From Phoronis australis (taxonomy: Eukaryota > Animalia > Phoronida): DNA of 64,000 bases. The notes beneath the pieces are model-generated. The model saw only the letters and a list, made by a program, of their open reading frames with translations. It ran no database searches and was not told the origin of the DNA. Numbering within the stretch: the first letter of the stretch is position 1; every line of letters begins with the position of its first letter. Shown here piece after piece: positions 10,950 through 22,148 of this stretch. The DNA is taken from contig NMRA01000006.1 in assembly GCA_002633005.1 (NCBI GenBank), positions 562,460 through 626,459 of the forward strand, written 5' to 3'. The position numbers and the translations under genes are program-made.

Positions 10950-12205
10950 CTCGCTGGTTCCCTGGGTGCCGCTAGGTGGTCAGTAGCCAGCACCCAGGTA
11001 GCACTTAATTTTCCTCGGGAAATTTTTTATACCGGCGTTTCTGACTGGCTAGTCGAATTCTCAACAGGCAGGGCTTTACGCCTCGCTGGTTCCCTGCGTG
11101 CCGCTAGGTTTGGCGGTAGCCCCGCCAACACGCAGGTGTCACTTAATTTTCCTAGGGAATTTTTTTACACCGACGTTTCTGATTGGCTAGTCGAATTCTC
11201 AACAGGCAGCGCTTTACGCAAACAAACTGGCACGACTGATGGACTGAAGTGTAAATGTGGTCTGTTGTACAGACAAATCGGTGCTTAAAATTTATGTTCA
11301 GGAAATGTGAAGCCTATAGGAATTGTGATTGCGACTTTTTGGAGTGCATCTTTCTACTGTCGATGACTTTTGTTTACGATAGTGTCCGGTATTCATACAG
11401 TATGAATAACACACCCGTCAAATCGGCCAGACTGTGTTTATTGTACATGTATGTGCTTCAAGCATGCGGCTATTACATTACAGCGTTTTCCCGTTGCTCC
11501 CAACTTGTTCGTTTCTATAGCCCAACAACAAGTTGGGAAGTTTACCCCCGTAGCCAATATCTTACACGACTGATTAACTCCATTCTGGCATTTAGGGTTG
11601 GAGGGCCAGCTCTCTTTTGTTCGATAATTGCTCTAATCTCCAATAAGATCGTATCTACCCTGACTGAGTTGCGCTGTTAAAAATAAAAGTTCAGTTATAA
11701 CACATTTGATCATAAACCAATAGCATTTCTGAAATTTTCGTCAAACGGTGACCGTGTGTAGTTTTTGAATCGCCAAAATCGCCCAACTGCAACCGATGTT
11801 ACGACAATTTATTCTTTCCGAATACACCAATTCACTCTGAGTTTGACTGTGTTCACACGTGGTCTGTAATAAGCCTGGTAGATAATTGGCCTGCTTGTTG
11901 TCGTAACAGACAAAAGAGTGTGCTTGCGAGTTAACAAAGAAGCTAGATAATATCACACGCTCATCCCCCCGTAAGTCTGGTAAAGTCACTGAACGGGAAA
12001 ACGCTGTCATGAAACATCACTGCAGAAACGAAATAGTTGCTGCGACGCCACTTGCATGACAAGGCTAAAAATCGTTCACAGTCCGCCATCTTTTCAAGGT
12101 GTTGTAAAGCTAACCAATGACTGCTGAGGTTACATCAACCAATGCTAAAGCGCGTGCCACTGCGTGATACCTGTGTGCTGGCTAGGCACGCAGGGAACCA
12201 GCGAG
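10950..12205. mobile_element. Non-autonomous TIR DNA transposon with a perfect 9-bp TSD
   Basis: TIR CTCGCTGGTTCCCTG / CAGGGAACCAGCGAG; GAAAATGTT direct repeat at 10941-10949 and 12206-12214; internal tandem duplication of the ~130-bp left end (second copy from ~11082). Confidence 0.9.
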
Positions 12206-13607
12206 GAAAATGTTCAGCACATCTCGCACGGCAATCCAGTGCTGGATTTCGTTCCCAAATGACGTTCCTCCTCAACGTGCTTCTTTTTCTTGCACAGACT
12301 CGGGATATTCGAATTGCTTTTTTAGGCTGGTTGGCCCAGGCATTTTTGTCGAGTGGCGTAGCTGGAAAACTAGAACACCCAACTGTGTAGAGAGTGGACT
12401 CTTCCGTAATGTTTTGTTTCAGAAGCACCACCTTTTGTAGAGGTTATAAATCCATTTGAAACCGGAAACAGTACAAGACGACCGCCACGTTGTCAAAACT
12501 AAGAACGTCATTTACAACATAAGTTGTTTTTGAAAATAAATGTAATATTGAAAACGATTCTGTAATTTTGTGTATTTATAAAACTGAAACTTATGGACTG
12601 AGTTTCTGCACTCCCAAAGCGAACCCTTTTGTAGGGAACTGTGTCGGAAAGAGCACACTTTCGTAGTGTAGAGAAACTAGTCGCGGTGAACAACTGTGAA
12701 GCACGTCCCGTAGTGCCTCTATGAAAGTACCTAGCGGGGGGCTATGACAACTATGACATGCCACCTGCGTCAGTCATACCGCAACCTGCGTACATCTACA
12801 CTGGCCGATGTCAATCCTGCAAAAGATAACCCTCAAAATGCGTCTTTTCTGCCGCAAACCGATTGTGTCCGTTTAAAAAAAAATGTGATCAATTTTAAAA
12901 ATTCCTTTTATCTATTAAAATTTTGCCTCCATTTTTCAAAGAGCACAAAGCAAAATAAGATTGAGCTTGAGAAGTATATTAATTTATGAAGTTTGTAAGC
13001 AATCCGCATGGATAGCATTATTTATCTATTAGTGGTTCAGCAATTAGAATTTCTGTGTACTTCCCCGTGTGAGCTAAAACGAATTCATTTGTTGTTATTC
13101 TTTTAATCTCATTTCACATCTCTGCCATACAATTCGCAATAGTTTACCCGGGGCTGCCAGCATTTTTTCTTGTTTTGCCCAAATTACTCGTAATTTTCCC
13201 CGGATCTCACTTACGAGAAAATTGACCACCCCTCTCTCTCTCCGAAGAAAACGCCCATGCGAGTTCTTGACTGTACCTTTACTTTCAGAAGGATTGTGAT
13301 TCAATGGCATGCGCGTTGCATGGGTGGCACAGGAATGCGCTAAACTTTACAGATGTCAAGGGCTCTGAGCTCTGATGTGACACTCAACAAGCCCAGTTCA
13401 TTTTACTAACGTCACACATGGATACATTTCGACAGACTCGAACTCGCTTGTCAGCTGTCGCGCAAACAATATACGAAAAACCAATAGCGAAGATGCAAAG
13501 CAATGTTTACATTACAAGTAGCCGTTTTGCATATCACAGCTGTCCCCTCGGGATTTTATCGCGACAGTTGCTCACATATCGTAGTTTTTAGAATAAACCA
13601 GATAGAA

Positions 13608-13790
13608 CGTTGTGTGTTTGCGGTTTGATTACAAATCGCCAATTCTCGCCGTTGTCTCCCAGACATTCACTGAAAACAAGGTTTGTGACTTTACTAGCTG
13701 AATGCCAAATATTCTGCCATCGATCGAGTGTGGTTTAACTCCAGCAGCAGGGCGAAAGTTGCAGGTTTGAATCCGCGTTGAGGGTAATCT
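13608..13790 (+). repeat. Copy of the Kolobok-region segment ~3832-3930 followed by a tRNA-like segment
   Basis: GTTGTGT.TTTGCG.TTTGATTACAAATCGCCAATTC...AAATATTCTG shared with 3832-3930; then GAGTGTGG...GGTTTGAATCC (B-box-like). Confidence 0.6.
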
Positions 13791-15857
13791 CTGAAAACCT
13801 GTTGACTCGCTGACAATGTACGTTTAAAGGAGCCCAACCGGTCATAAGGCCGATGTAACGCATTTTGGGATTTAGTGTTTGGGTAGAGCAATAAAACAGC
13901 AAATTGTATTTTTGTGATTTCAATCGCCGTTTCCTAACAAAGGATTCCAATCAAAGTTAACTGAAATCGAGACTACAACTTCTGTTGTTTTTTTCTTTTG
14001 TTTTTTTTTTTTTACTTTCTGGGCGCTGTGTAGCTGCTGATGAAAGGCAGTTTGAAAAATGCCGATTGCTATTCTCCTTGGTAAATGACGTAAGAAGAGG
14101 CGAAGAGCCAAAGCATAGGGGTGACCTCTACTGGGAAAGAAACTAGAGAACTGCATTAAATCCCTGGCCGAGTTCTTTTATGGACTTTTCTGCACGTCGG
14201 AGGCACAACAAATTCTCTTTCCTGAATGGCCATTCCGCTTCGAAAACTCAATTGCCTGTCTGCTAACTTGTGAAAGCTATTTGGGGGAGGCAACAACTAC
14301 CAGAGCAGTGTGTTGTCAGAAATCACACTTGAACACAAAGATTACATGCTTGACAAAATGAGCTCGCGAGTATAAGGGGGTACCTCAAGGTCACGTGGTT
14401 CAACAGCTTGGGAAGTCGAGGAGCACTGGCCTCGCAGATTTTTCCGAAAATAAAATCAAAAGAAAACACTTGAACGTAAGAAAACCGAAGTATTTTTGGT
14501 GAAAAAGCTTCGCAAAATTGTTGAAACATCGTGTATTTATACTTCATTGCCGCCGATTAAGTCACCTTTAAGGGTTCGTGGAGGTCCGGCATACATGAAA
14601 GTCTGAATGTGAAAAATTATCAACGTTTTGTTCTCTGAAAAACGTAGCGTCGTGTTTGCGATAACGTGCCAGCGACCGTCTTAGCTACGATCGGGCTTAC
14701 TTTGCCCTTTATCGAATGATATCCAGTTTCGCCAGCAAAACGTTCGGCTGCGACTGCGGCATTCCAGGTTTGACTACATCAGGTAATATCTCTTTAATTG
14801 GCATATAATCCATAAAATTGTGTTTTAGAGCTGATCTATCCAAAAAGTTTGGTATCTTCCGTGGCCATGATATTTTTGGTGCGTCATACTAAAAAATCAG
14901 TCACAGAATACACTATTAAACTCAGTTTTCTCTTTTCTTTGTGACCGCGTTCACAAAAATACTTTGTTTTTACGTGATTGAAAATATACGTTGCTCATAT
15001 CGCAAATAAAATAATTTGATAATCCTTTTTGTATTATGTTATGTCATGTGTGAAAACAAACTAGATTTTAATTTGAACCTAATCCGAAAACTGTACTTTG
15101 AAATTGATCTCTCCAAGAGGTTTGATAACGTTAACTTGGGTGCCCAGTGTGCTGGCGCTTCACAAGAAGTTGAATAACTGAAAAAAGGTAACAGAATACG
15201 AAATAAAGCTGTATTTACTTAAAAAATATGTCCCATTCAAAAAGCATAATTTGGGAATGATGTTTGTCTAAATTGCGTCTACATTCAATTTTGATTTTGA
15301 CGAGTATTTTCTGAAACGTTATTACGCTCCTGCACGCGCCCATCCCTTTTATATTCGAACTGTCATCGTCTTATGCTCATTGTCCCTTTGTTTAGATGAC
15401 AAAATTTCAGTGCAAAACTTTTGGTGGATTCTAATTTGTGACCAGGATGGGTAGTAATAACAATTCTGTTGGCAGTGCACGAAGCTTGATGAAACGTGTT
15501 TAATGACATTCACTCTGCTTTCCGGTCGTCGAAACCATTAGCATGCAAAGGTCCCAGCTGTTATTAATCATCTGTAAATTAATTTGCATAAATTATGGTG
15601 CGGCTTCCTGCGCCCAGACTTGCTAGTCTTGCAATCATATCTTTTTTGAAAAGAGGCTAGAACACGCCATTTTCTCAATGGAATGGATGGTGGTCTTCGT
15701 TTAGTCAAGTTGAACATCAGCAATAATCAAAGAATCGCGCAAGTATTGCACCCAAAGACTGAATATTCATCTCAGAGTGACGTCATTGTTTAAGTGACGT
15801 AGATTAGAACAATCTAGGAATTTGAGCTGTTAATCTGGACAACTGGAAAAAATTGAA

Positions 15858-16370
15858 ATGTTACTGCCTTTCAGAGATTTCAGGATCGCATGTACAACCG
15901 CGTTTCTCGTCTCGTGTCAGATTTATTTTGTTGAAGTTAAATCCGATGGTGTCCTCAACAGAGTTGGAAAAAGTGTCAAAGCGTACTCATTGTCTCAGAA
16001 CAGTAGTAGGAAGCAACTCCAAGAATCTCGCCAGAGGCTTGTTTTAGGGTGGAAAGAGCACGAATCCAACTGGCTGCGCAGAACGTCGATCGACACTAAC
16101 GGGAGCCGACATGGTTATGCAGGAGGAAGCGATGACCAACTCTATGCTGGAGACTCAGAGTCTTATAATACCACGAGGTCGCACGTGCGGACAAAAAGAA
16201 TTGTTCCCAACGCGTTCCTAAACATGGCATTTCCGGAAAGTGCTGTGTCGTTAACTACGGGAACTCTGGGAATCGTCATTATAATTCTCGTCACGATACT
16301 ATGCTGCATTTTATGTTATTTATGTCGAAAATGTTGTGAGACAACGTGTCCGTGCTGCTGTGGGAAATGA
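15858..16370 (+). CDS. Single-pass membrane protein with Cys-rich cytoplasmic tail (170 aa; true start uncertain)
   Basis: ATG-initiated ORF; weak N-terminal hydrophobic stretch; RTKR furin-type site; TM segment LGIVIIILVTILCCILCYLC; tail RKCCETTCPCCCGK. Confidence 0.6.
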   Translation: MLLPFRDFRIACTTAFLVSCQIYFVEVKSDGVLNRVGKSVKAYSLSQNSSRKQLQESRQRLVLGWKEHESNWLRRTSIDTNGSRHGYAGGSDDQLYAGDSESYNTTRSHVRTKRIVPNAFLNMAFPESAVSLTTGTLGIVIIILVTILCCILCYLCRKCCETTCPCCCGK

Positions 16371-18032
16371 CAATCCGAAGATGGCGTGGAAATTTCTAGA
16401 ATTTTTCTGTGTCACTAACTGGCGTTGTGTTACTGCTGGACAATAGTGGCAGAACGCCTGATTTTGGTCATTAAATATTTCGAAATTGGAAGCTAGTGTT
16501 TAACTACCATAAGACTTCTCGAAGAAATGATCGCGTACATAAAAGATATCGCCGGCTCTTGTACAGCCGTGCACACAAACCGACAGACACACAAGCTGCC
16601 AGATATTAAGAGTCCAGTTGATTGGAGATTTAAGTGAACAACTTGCGTGATAGCCACTTTCGGGGGTCTCGTATTTTGAGAACCCGTTTTCTCCACCGAA
16701 TAACAGGCATCAAACTGGTTCTCGAAATCCGGGACCGCCAAAATTGTGATTGTTAAAATTTTCAAGACGTTTTATTGTCACTCGTTAACCAAGGAAATTG
16801 CATACTTAGATTCTCAAGTCTCTGTTTCTGAAAAAAATCTGGAGTATTAGTTTTAAAACTATTAAACTATTATGTTTTACAATTGAACTTGTCTTTTTCC
16901 CTAACGTTCTCTTATCTTGCTCTGTTCGCACTCCAATTTCTAACATTTTTGAGCTGTTGAAAAATCCTCAAGACATCAGCTAAGCGCACGTCCGCGCTAT
17001 ACATAAAGCGAGACATTTGCGAGACACTTCGAGAATTCTTGTCTCATAATTTAACAATCACTTAAAAGGATGCAGGCGGTCTGATGTATGTCTCACTGTG
17101 CATCAGACGTTGCAGGCCATGTGGTTGAGCCCATTGCTTGTTTCTCGAAGAAACTGTTGGCTTTTGTTTTTTGATTTAGCCATATGTCAGGTAACCTGAT
17201 TACGAATAGTAAAAAGTTGATTTTCAATGTTTTGCGTTTCTAAAATAGATTTGTCTTCTGTCTAGTCGATAAGTCTACGGATTTCATTTATAGACAGATC
17301 TGAATTCCAGCCTTAGCCAGGGAAGAGATCTGTAACGCATGGACCTACGCTAGGACCTCGCTAAAATTTATCCAAAATCAAGTGTTCTCATTTAAAATAC
17401 ATGACAATATCTCACGTAATCTCGCGAAGTCTTGCTGTTTCACAAAAACAGGTGAAGCCTTCCGAAAGTCAGAAAAAAAACACCCAATAGACTCATCGTG
17501 AAAGAGGACTCAACGTACGAAAGCCCGGTTATCGATCTATTGCTTCTTCGTGAAACAAGTTTTCAAGTCTGCCTGTATTGTTAAGAAAATGAACAGACTT
17601 TCCTTTTGTTGCCACACGCACTATACAGTGTATGTTGGTACATGTATTTAGTGGTGTTATCGACTTATCCAGGTGTATTCTCTCTAGTCTATGACAACGT
17701 GAGTAATACTACCCAATGTTTGGGTATTTCAAAATCAGTGAAACACTCGGGACACACTGGGTTACCCATAAATCTCGTGATGTGCCTGTGTTGGGCTAGG
17801 CGGCATTCTCCTGGTAATATCTGAATGACCAATCTCGTCCATGTCAAGCTTTCTCGTGAAGGTGGCATTCAACAGTTTTTGCTCATCATTTTGGGCTTGG
17901 AAAACCAGATCAAGTCTGCTCCAGCAGTCTGTTCCCGAGGATGAAATAAACTGAAAATAGGAACTGTATACTGACTGGGTCAAAGACTTCAAAAACTTTA
18001 CACAAAGTCTATTGAAACTGATTCCAAAATCA

Positions 18033-19294
18033 TTTTATGCACCCACATATTTATATATGGACGCATTATGCGTCATCTCCGTCCGTCTCTCCGTCTGGGC
18101 GACGTCCGTCCGACGTCCGGTGTCTGGCGTCTGTTGCCCTATCTCCGAAACCGTTTGACGTATGTTTATGAAATTTTGCCCACGTGTTCCTTTCGCACAG
18201 ATTTGACTACCGGTGTGCCCCCTAGTGGCAATTTTAGTTTTTCACATTTAGCTCTGTATCTTCAAAGGTCCTCAACGTGTTTTCTTAAAATTTGGCATAT
18301 AGGCATCTGTTAGTGAGGTCACGCTATCCTCCCGTTTTCGGATGGATTCGACGTAGTTTGCGCCACCTAGTGGCGATTTTCACTGATTTTGAGTCTGTTT
18401 TTGAGTCCATCTCTCTATCAACCGAACCGCTCTAAGGATGATTGTGAAAATTGGCATGCTTTTACTATTAAGAGGACGGCTGACGATGATTTTCCGACGA
18501 TTTTGACGACTGTGGTGCCTCCTAGTGACAGTTTTTTTGCGCTCATGGCTTTATTTCCTAATTCGTTCGCAAGATCTTTACCAAATTTAGCAAGTGTATT
18601 GATATGATGTTGACAACGGACGTCCACAGATCCGACTACAGGTGTGCCCCCTAGTGGCAATTTTAGTTTTTATATTTACCTCTATATCTTCAAGGTTCCT
18701 TAACAGATTTTCATGAAATTTGGAATAGAGGCTATCCACCCATTTTCGGATAAAATCGAGGTATTTTGCGCCATCTAGTGGCCATTTTTGCTGTTTTCGT
18801 GTCCACCCTCTCTCAACCAATCCATTCTAAGGATGATTTTGAAAATTGGCCTATATGTTCTCAGTGTGAAGAGAACGGTTGGTGATGACTTCGACTACTG
18901 TGGCGCCTCCTAGTGGCAGTTTTATTTTGCGCGCATAGGTGTATCTCCTAAACCTACTGCAAAATCTTCATCAAATTTAGTAACTAAGTGTATCTATATG
19001 AAGATAACAGCAAACAACGACGACTTTAAGGCGGATCCAAGAAACGCTGTGCCCTCTAGTGGTAATTTCATTTTTTTAAATTTTCCTTTGTTTCTCTGAA
19101 GGTCCTTGACATAATATTTGAAATTTTGTAAATAGTTTTCTATTAGAGAAGTAATGGCACTTCCCGTATTCGGCTGTATTAGACATTTTTGCGCCATCTA
19201 GTCGCCAGTTTTATGATTCAAATAATCAACCATAGACGCACCCTGTTCGCGGTGCATTCGTGGGCGCAATTCAACTCTCCTCGTTGCTCTTGTT
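18033..19294 (+). mobile_element. Helentron/HINE (DINE-like) non-autonomous repeat with internal ~140-bp subunits; second copy 50383-51625, partial copy ~48100-48490
   Basis: T-rich start; subterminal inverted pair TGCACCCAC / GTGGGCGCA; CCGT/GTCC microsatellite-like 5' tract; internal tandem subunits; 3' short palindrome then CTTGTT; colinear second copy. Family assignment is from structure only. Confidence 0.65.
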
Positions 19295-19679
19295 CCTTCT
19301 TGTACGACTACAGGAAATGCAGCCGGTTACTCGAAAAACGAGTAAAATATGCCAAATCAGCAGTTTTCACCCGAAAGACACCATTTGTATGGATAACAAC
19401 GAACTGGGAGACAATCCCTTCAGAACTCTCTACATTACATAAATCAGGTGAAATGTGGGTGTCGAACAGACAGATTTTTCAAAATCCGTGCCAAAACAGA
19501 CTTCGCTTTTACACAGTGGACTACAGACCACTTGAGCAGCACGTACCCATAGTTCCTGCTTGCATAAATTTTCGATTTGCAGACCGGCACCAGTATATTT
19601 TATGTATTGTTAGGTGAAATAAGCAATTAGAAATAGTTCCTAAATAATAAACACCACCTTTACTCGATCAACCCAGTTT

Positions 19680-20332
19680 GAAGTAATTTTCACACGGTTG
19701 AAATTATTTGCACCCGAGTGGAAAGTATTTCATTCTCACCTAGGCGCAAATTATTTCCTACTAGGTGAAAAAAGGAAAAACATAAAAGTAATTTAAATAA
19801 TAGCAATGAATACATTCTAGCCACCGTATTACGAAGATACAATTGTAATAAATTACAATTAATGTGACAAGATAAAATGAAAAGCAGTATTTAAATCAAA
19901 TATAAGCATTTCAAATGAAAAGAGGAAACCAATGTACTGATAATGGTGGTGTTGCCACGAGATCATATGAATGACATATGCATCACAGGTAATCATTAAG
20001 TTTTGCAAAGGTGGCTAAACAAACTTTTCTTTAAATGGTTAAAAGTAATTATGTATTTCATGTGACCAGGGGGATCATATTCCACTCCCTAATGGATGAA
20101 CAAAAGTGCCTTGTATAAAAACAGTCCTGTGTCTAGGTACCCCGGTGGAAATCATTTCCGCCTAGGTTGAACTTGTTTCCACCGGCTGGGTTAAAATTAT
20201 TCACTCCCGGGGGGATTATTTCTACCTAGGTAAATTCATTCTCACCGAGGTGTAAATTATTTCCACCTAAGTGAAAAAGGAAAAATAAAAAAGTAATTTC
20301 ACTATAGTAGTGATACTTTCGGGCCACCGTAT
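19680..20332. repeat. Two related blocks of ~21-bp (TTATTTCCACCTAGGTGAA-like) tandem units, each ending ...AAAAGTAATTT...GCCACCGTATTA
   Basis: Blocks ~19680-19832 and ~20140-20333 share their 3' sequence. Confidence 0.65.
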
Positions 20333-21652
20333 TATGTTCCTTTCGTTGTTTATACCAGTGTTCATTACCGCGTTCGTTGTATGTATTTCTATGAGAACCT
20401 TCTTAAAGATAACCCTTTTTGCTCAAAATAATGTATCAAATTTTGCTTTTATACTCAACAAATACTGCTCAGACATACAGCAAGTTATGTGACTTTCTAA
20501 CCGGAGAATGGTTGGCGGTATGATTGAAGTGCGCACATACCATATAATGTTCACCTCCAAGGGCCGACCTCCAGCTAGCACTGGGTTTCATGCAGTTAAA
20601 AATAGATGTAACTTTCCTGACTGTAATGACTTCCTTATTTGGAAAGTCACGTGAGTTAATTATCCTGATAGGTGTTCGTAATCTTGCATTTGAAAATACG
20701 TGAAATACAGGCTGTTTGTTGTGTTGTTGTAATTGCGTAGATGATGAATTATCTATTCTATAAAATGCATAGTTCACACGAAATCCTTCTCCCCCGCTCC
20801 ACTACAGGACTTCGATGCGCTCGTTTCGGCACAGCCTTAGTCCCAGGTAATGCACCGGCTCTCTATTTAGATTCGAGGTGTTCTATTTTTTCTCGCCGGC
20901 CGTTTTTTTTCGCGAACGCGGAGGGAGGGTGGCCAATTTCGTCAGTCTGTCGCGGGGCTCAACGACCTGGGTGACGTCAGTCCGTCGGCTTAATTTCACT
21001 CCCTCCAGCTTCCGTCTTGTGTATAATTCGTCGGGCCTCTCGTCGCCGCCAACATTAATGATGTCATTACAAAATGCACTTTTCACTGAGTAAACTAAAT
21101 TATTTACCGGTGTTGGGAAAATTGGAGTTCTATCGTTATTCTGCTGCTAAAATTGTGATGTGCTCTGTTGGGTAGGCTTTCGGCGCCATGAAATATTGCA
21201 TCACCTTTTGGCCCATTTCTCCGATTCCTCAATCAACTTTTCTTTTCTTCCACCAGGTTGCTTGCATGTCATAACAAAATAATCTGGACTGGCTTCATTT
21301 CGTTACAAGTTTTTAGTGTTTTAATACCAGCAAATACAATTTCAGAATAAATTTTGCTGCTACGAAGCTGTCATCATCTCCTGAGAGAAATCGCAAAATT
21401 TTGGGAAATGCCACGTGCGCTTGTCACGAGTGCACTGTCTTCAAAACGACTAACAAACTTTTCTTTGGTACAAAAGGCGGAGAATTACGCAAAAATGGCG
21501 TTTATTAGATTTTTTCATTTAAACGGCTGTAATAGGCGTGATTCGTGCTGTGTCCGCAGAGAGCAGTGGATACGTGAAACTACTATCTAAACCGAATATG
21601 GATTTGAAATTCAAGTTATTGTGCATAGGAGCCAGTCAAAGCCTGATTTTAA

Positions 21653-22148
21653 GGTTATGTGTTCTACCTGATTGACAATTGTGTACATTTAGGCAAACAG
21701 CTACAAATCTATATCATCAAACTCAGTAAAAGAAAGTTTTTCTATTCTGAGAGTAGAAATTCCGTATAGTTTGATTGTTGGCTTTATGCCAATATGCCCT
21801 TAATAAGCTTACCATGACCATGTTTTTTTTAGAAAAAATTAGCTGAAAACAAGGTACATTCGTAGCAAATAGCAGGATCAATTACATGACTAAATCTCGA
21901 ATGATATAAATGTTCAAGATAAAATCCCAAAAACGTCGTTTTAGTTTTCTAAATTATGGCTTCGTTTTCGTTTTATTAAACTTTATATTTTTGTGACAAA
22001 AACCATATCAGTCCTAATTTTGACAGCCTCTCATACAAATGTGGAGCAGAGTTTTGGAGAATAGCTCATAAACCATATCTGAAAGTATCACATGAATCTG
22101 TCCTGCCACTTCTAATATATAGAACAATTTCTGAGACCCTGCATAACC
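21653..22148. mobile_element. TTAA-flanked non-autonomous element (Kolobok-type MITE)
   Basis: TTAA|GGTTATG ... CATAACC|TTAA; interior ~22005-22100 resembles ~38715-38830. Confidence 0.7.

Noticed and set aside
11255-12440. ORFs of 76-141 aa in and beside the TIR element as a transposase
   Set aside because: No DDE or DNA-binding motifs, and the frames are not preserved in the related copies at ~7.3 kb and ~41.6-42.5 kb
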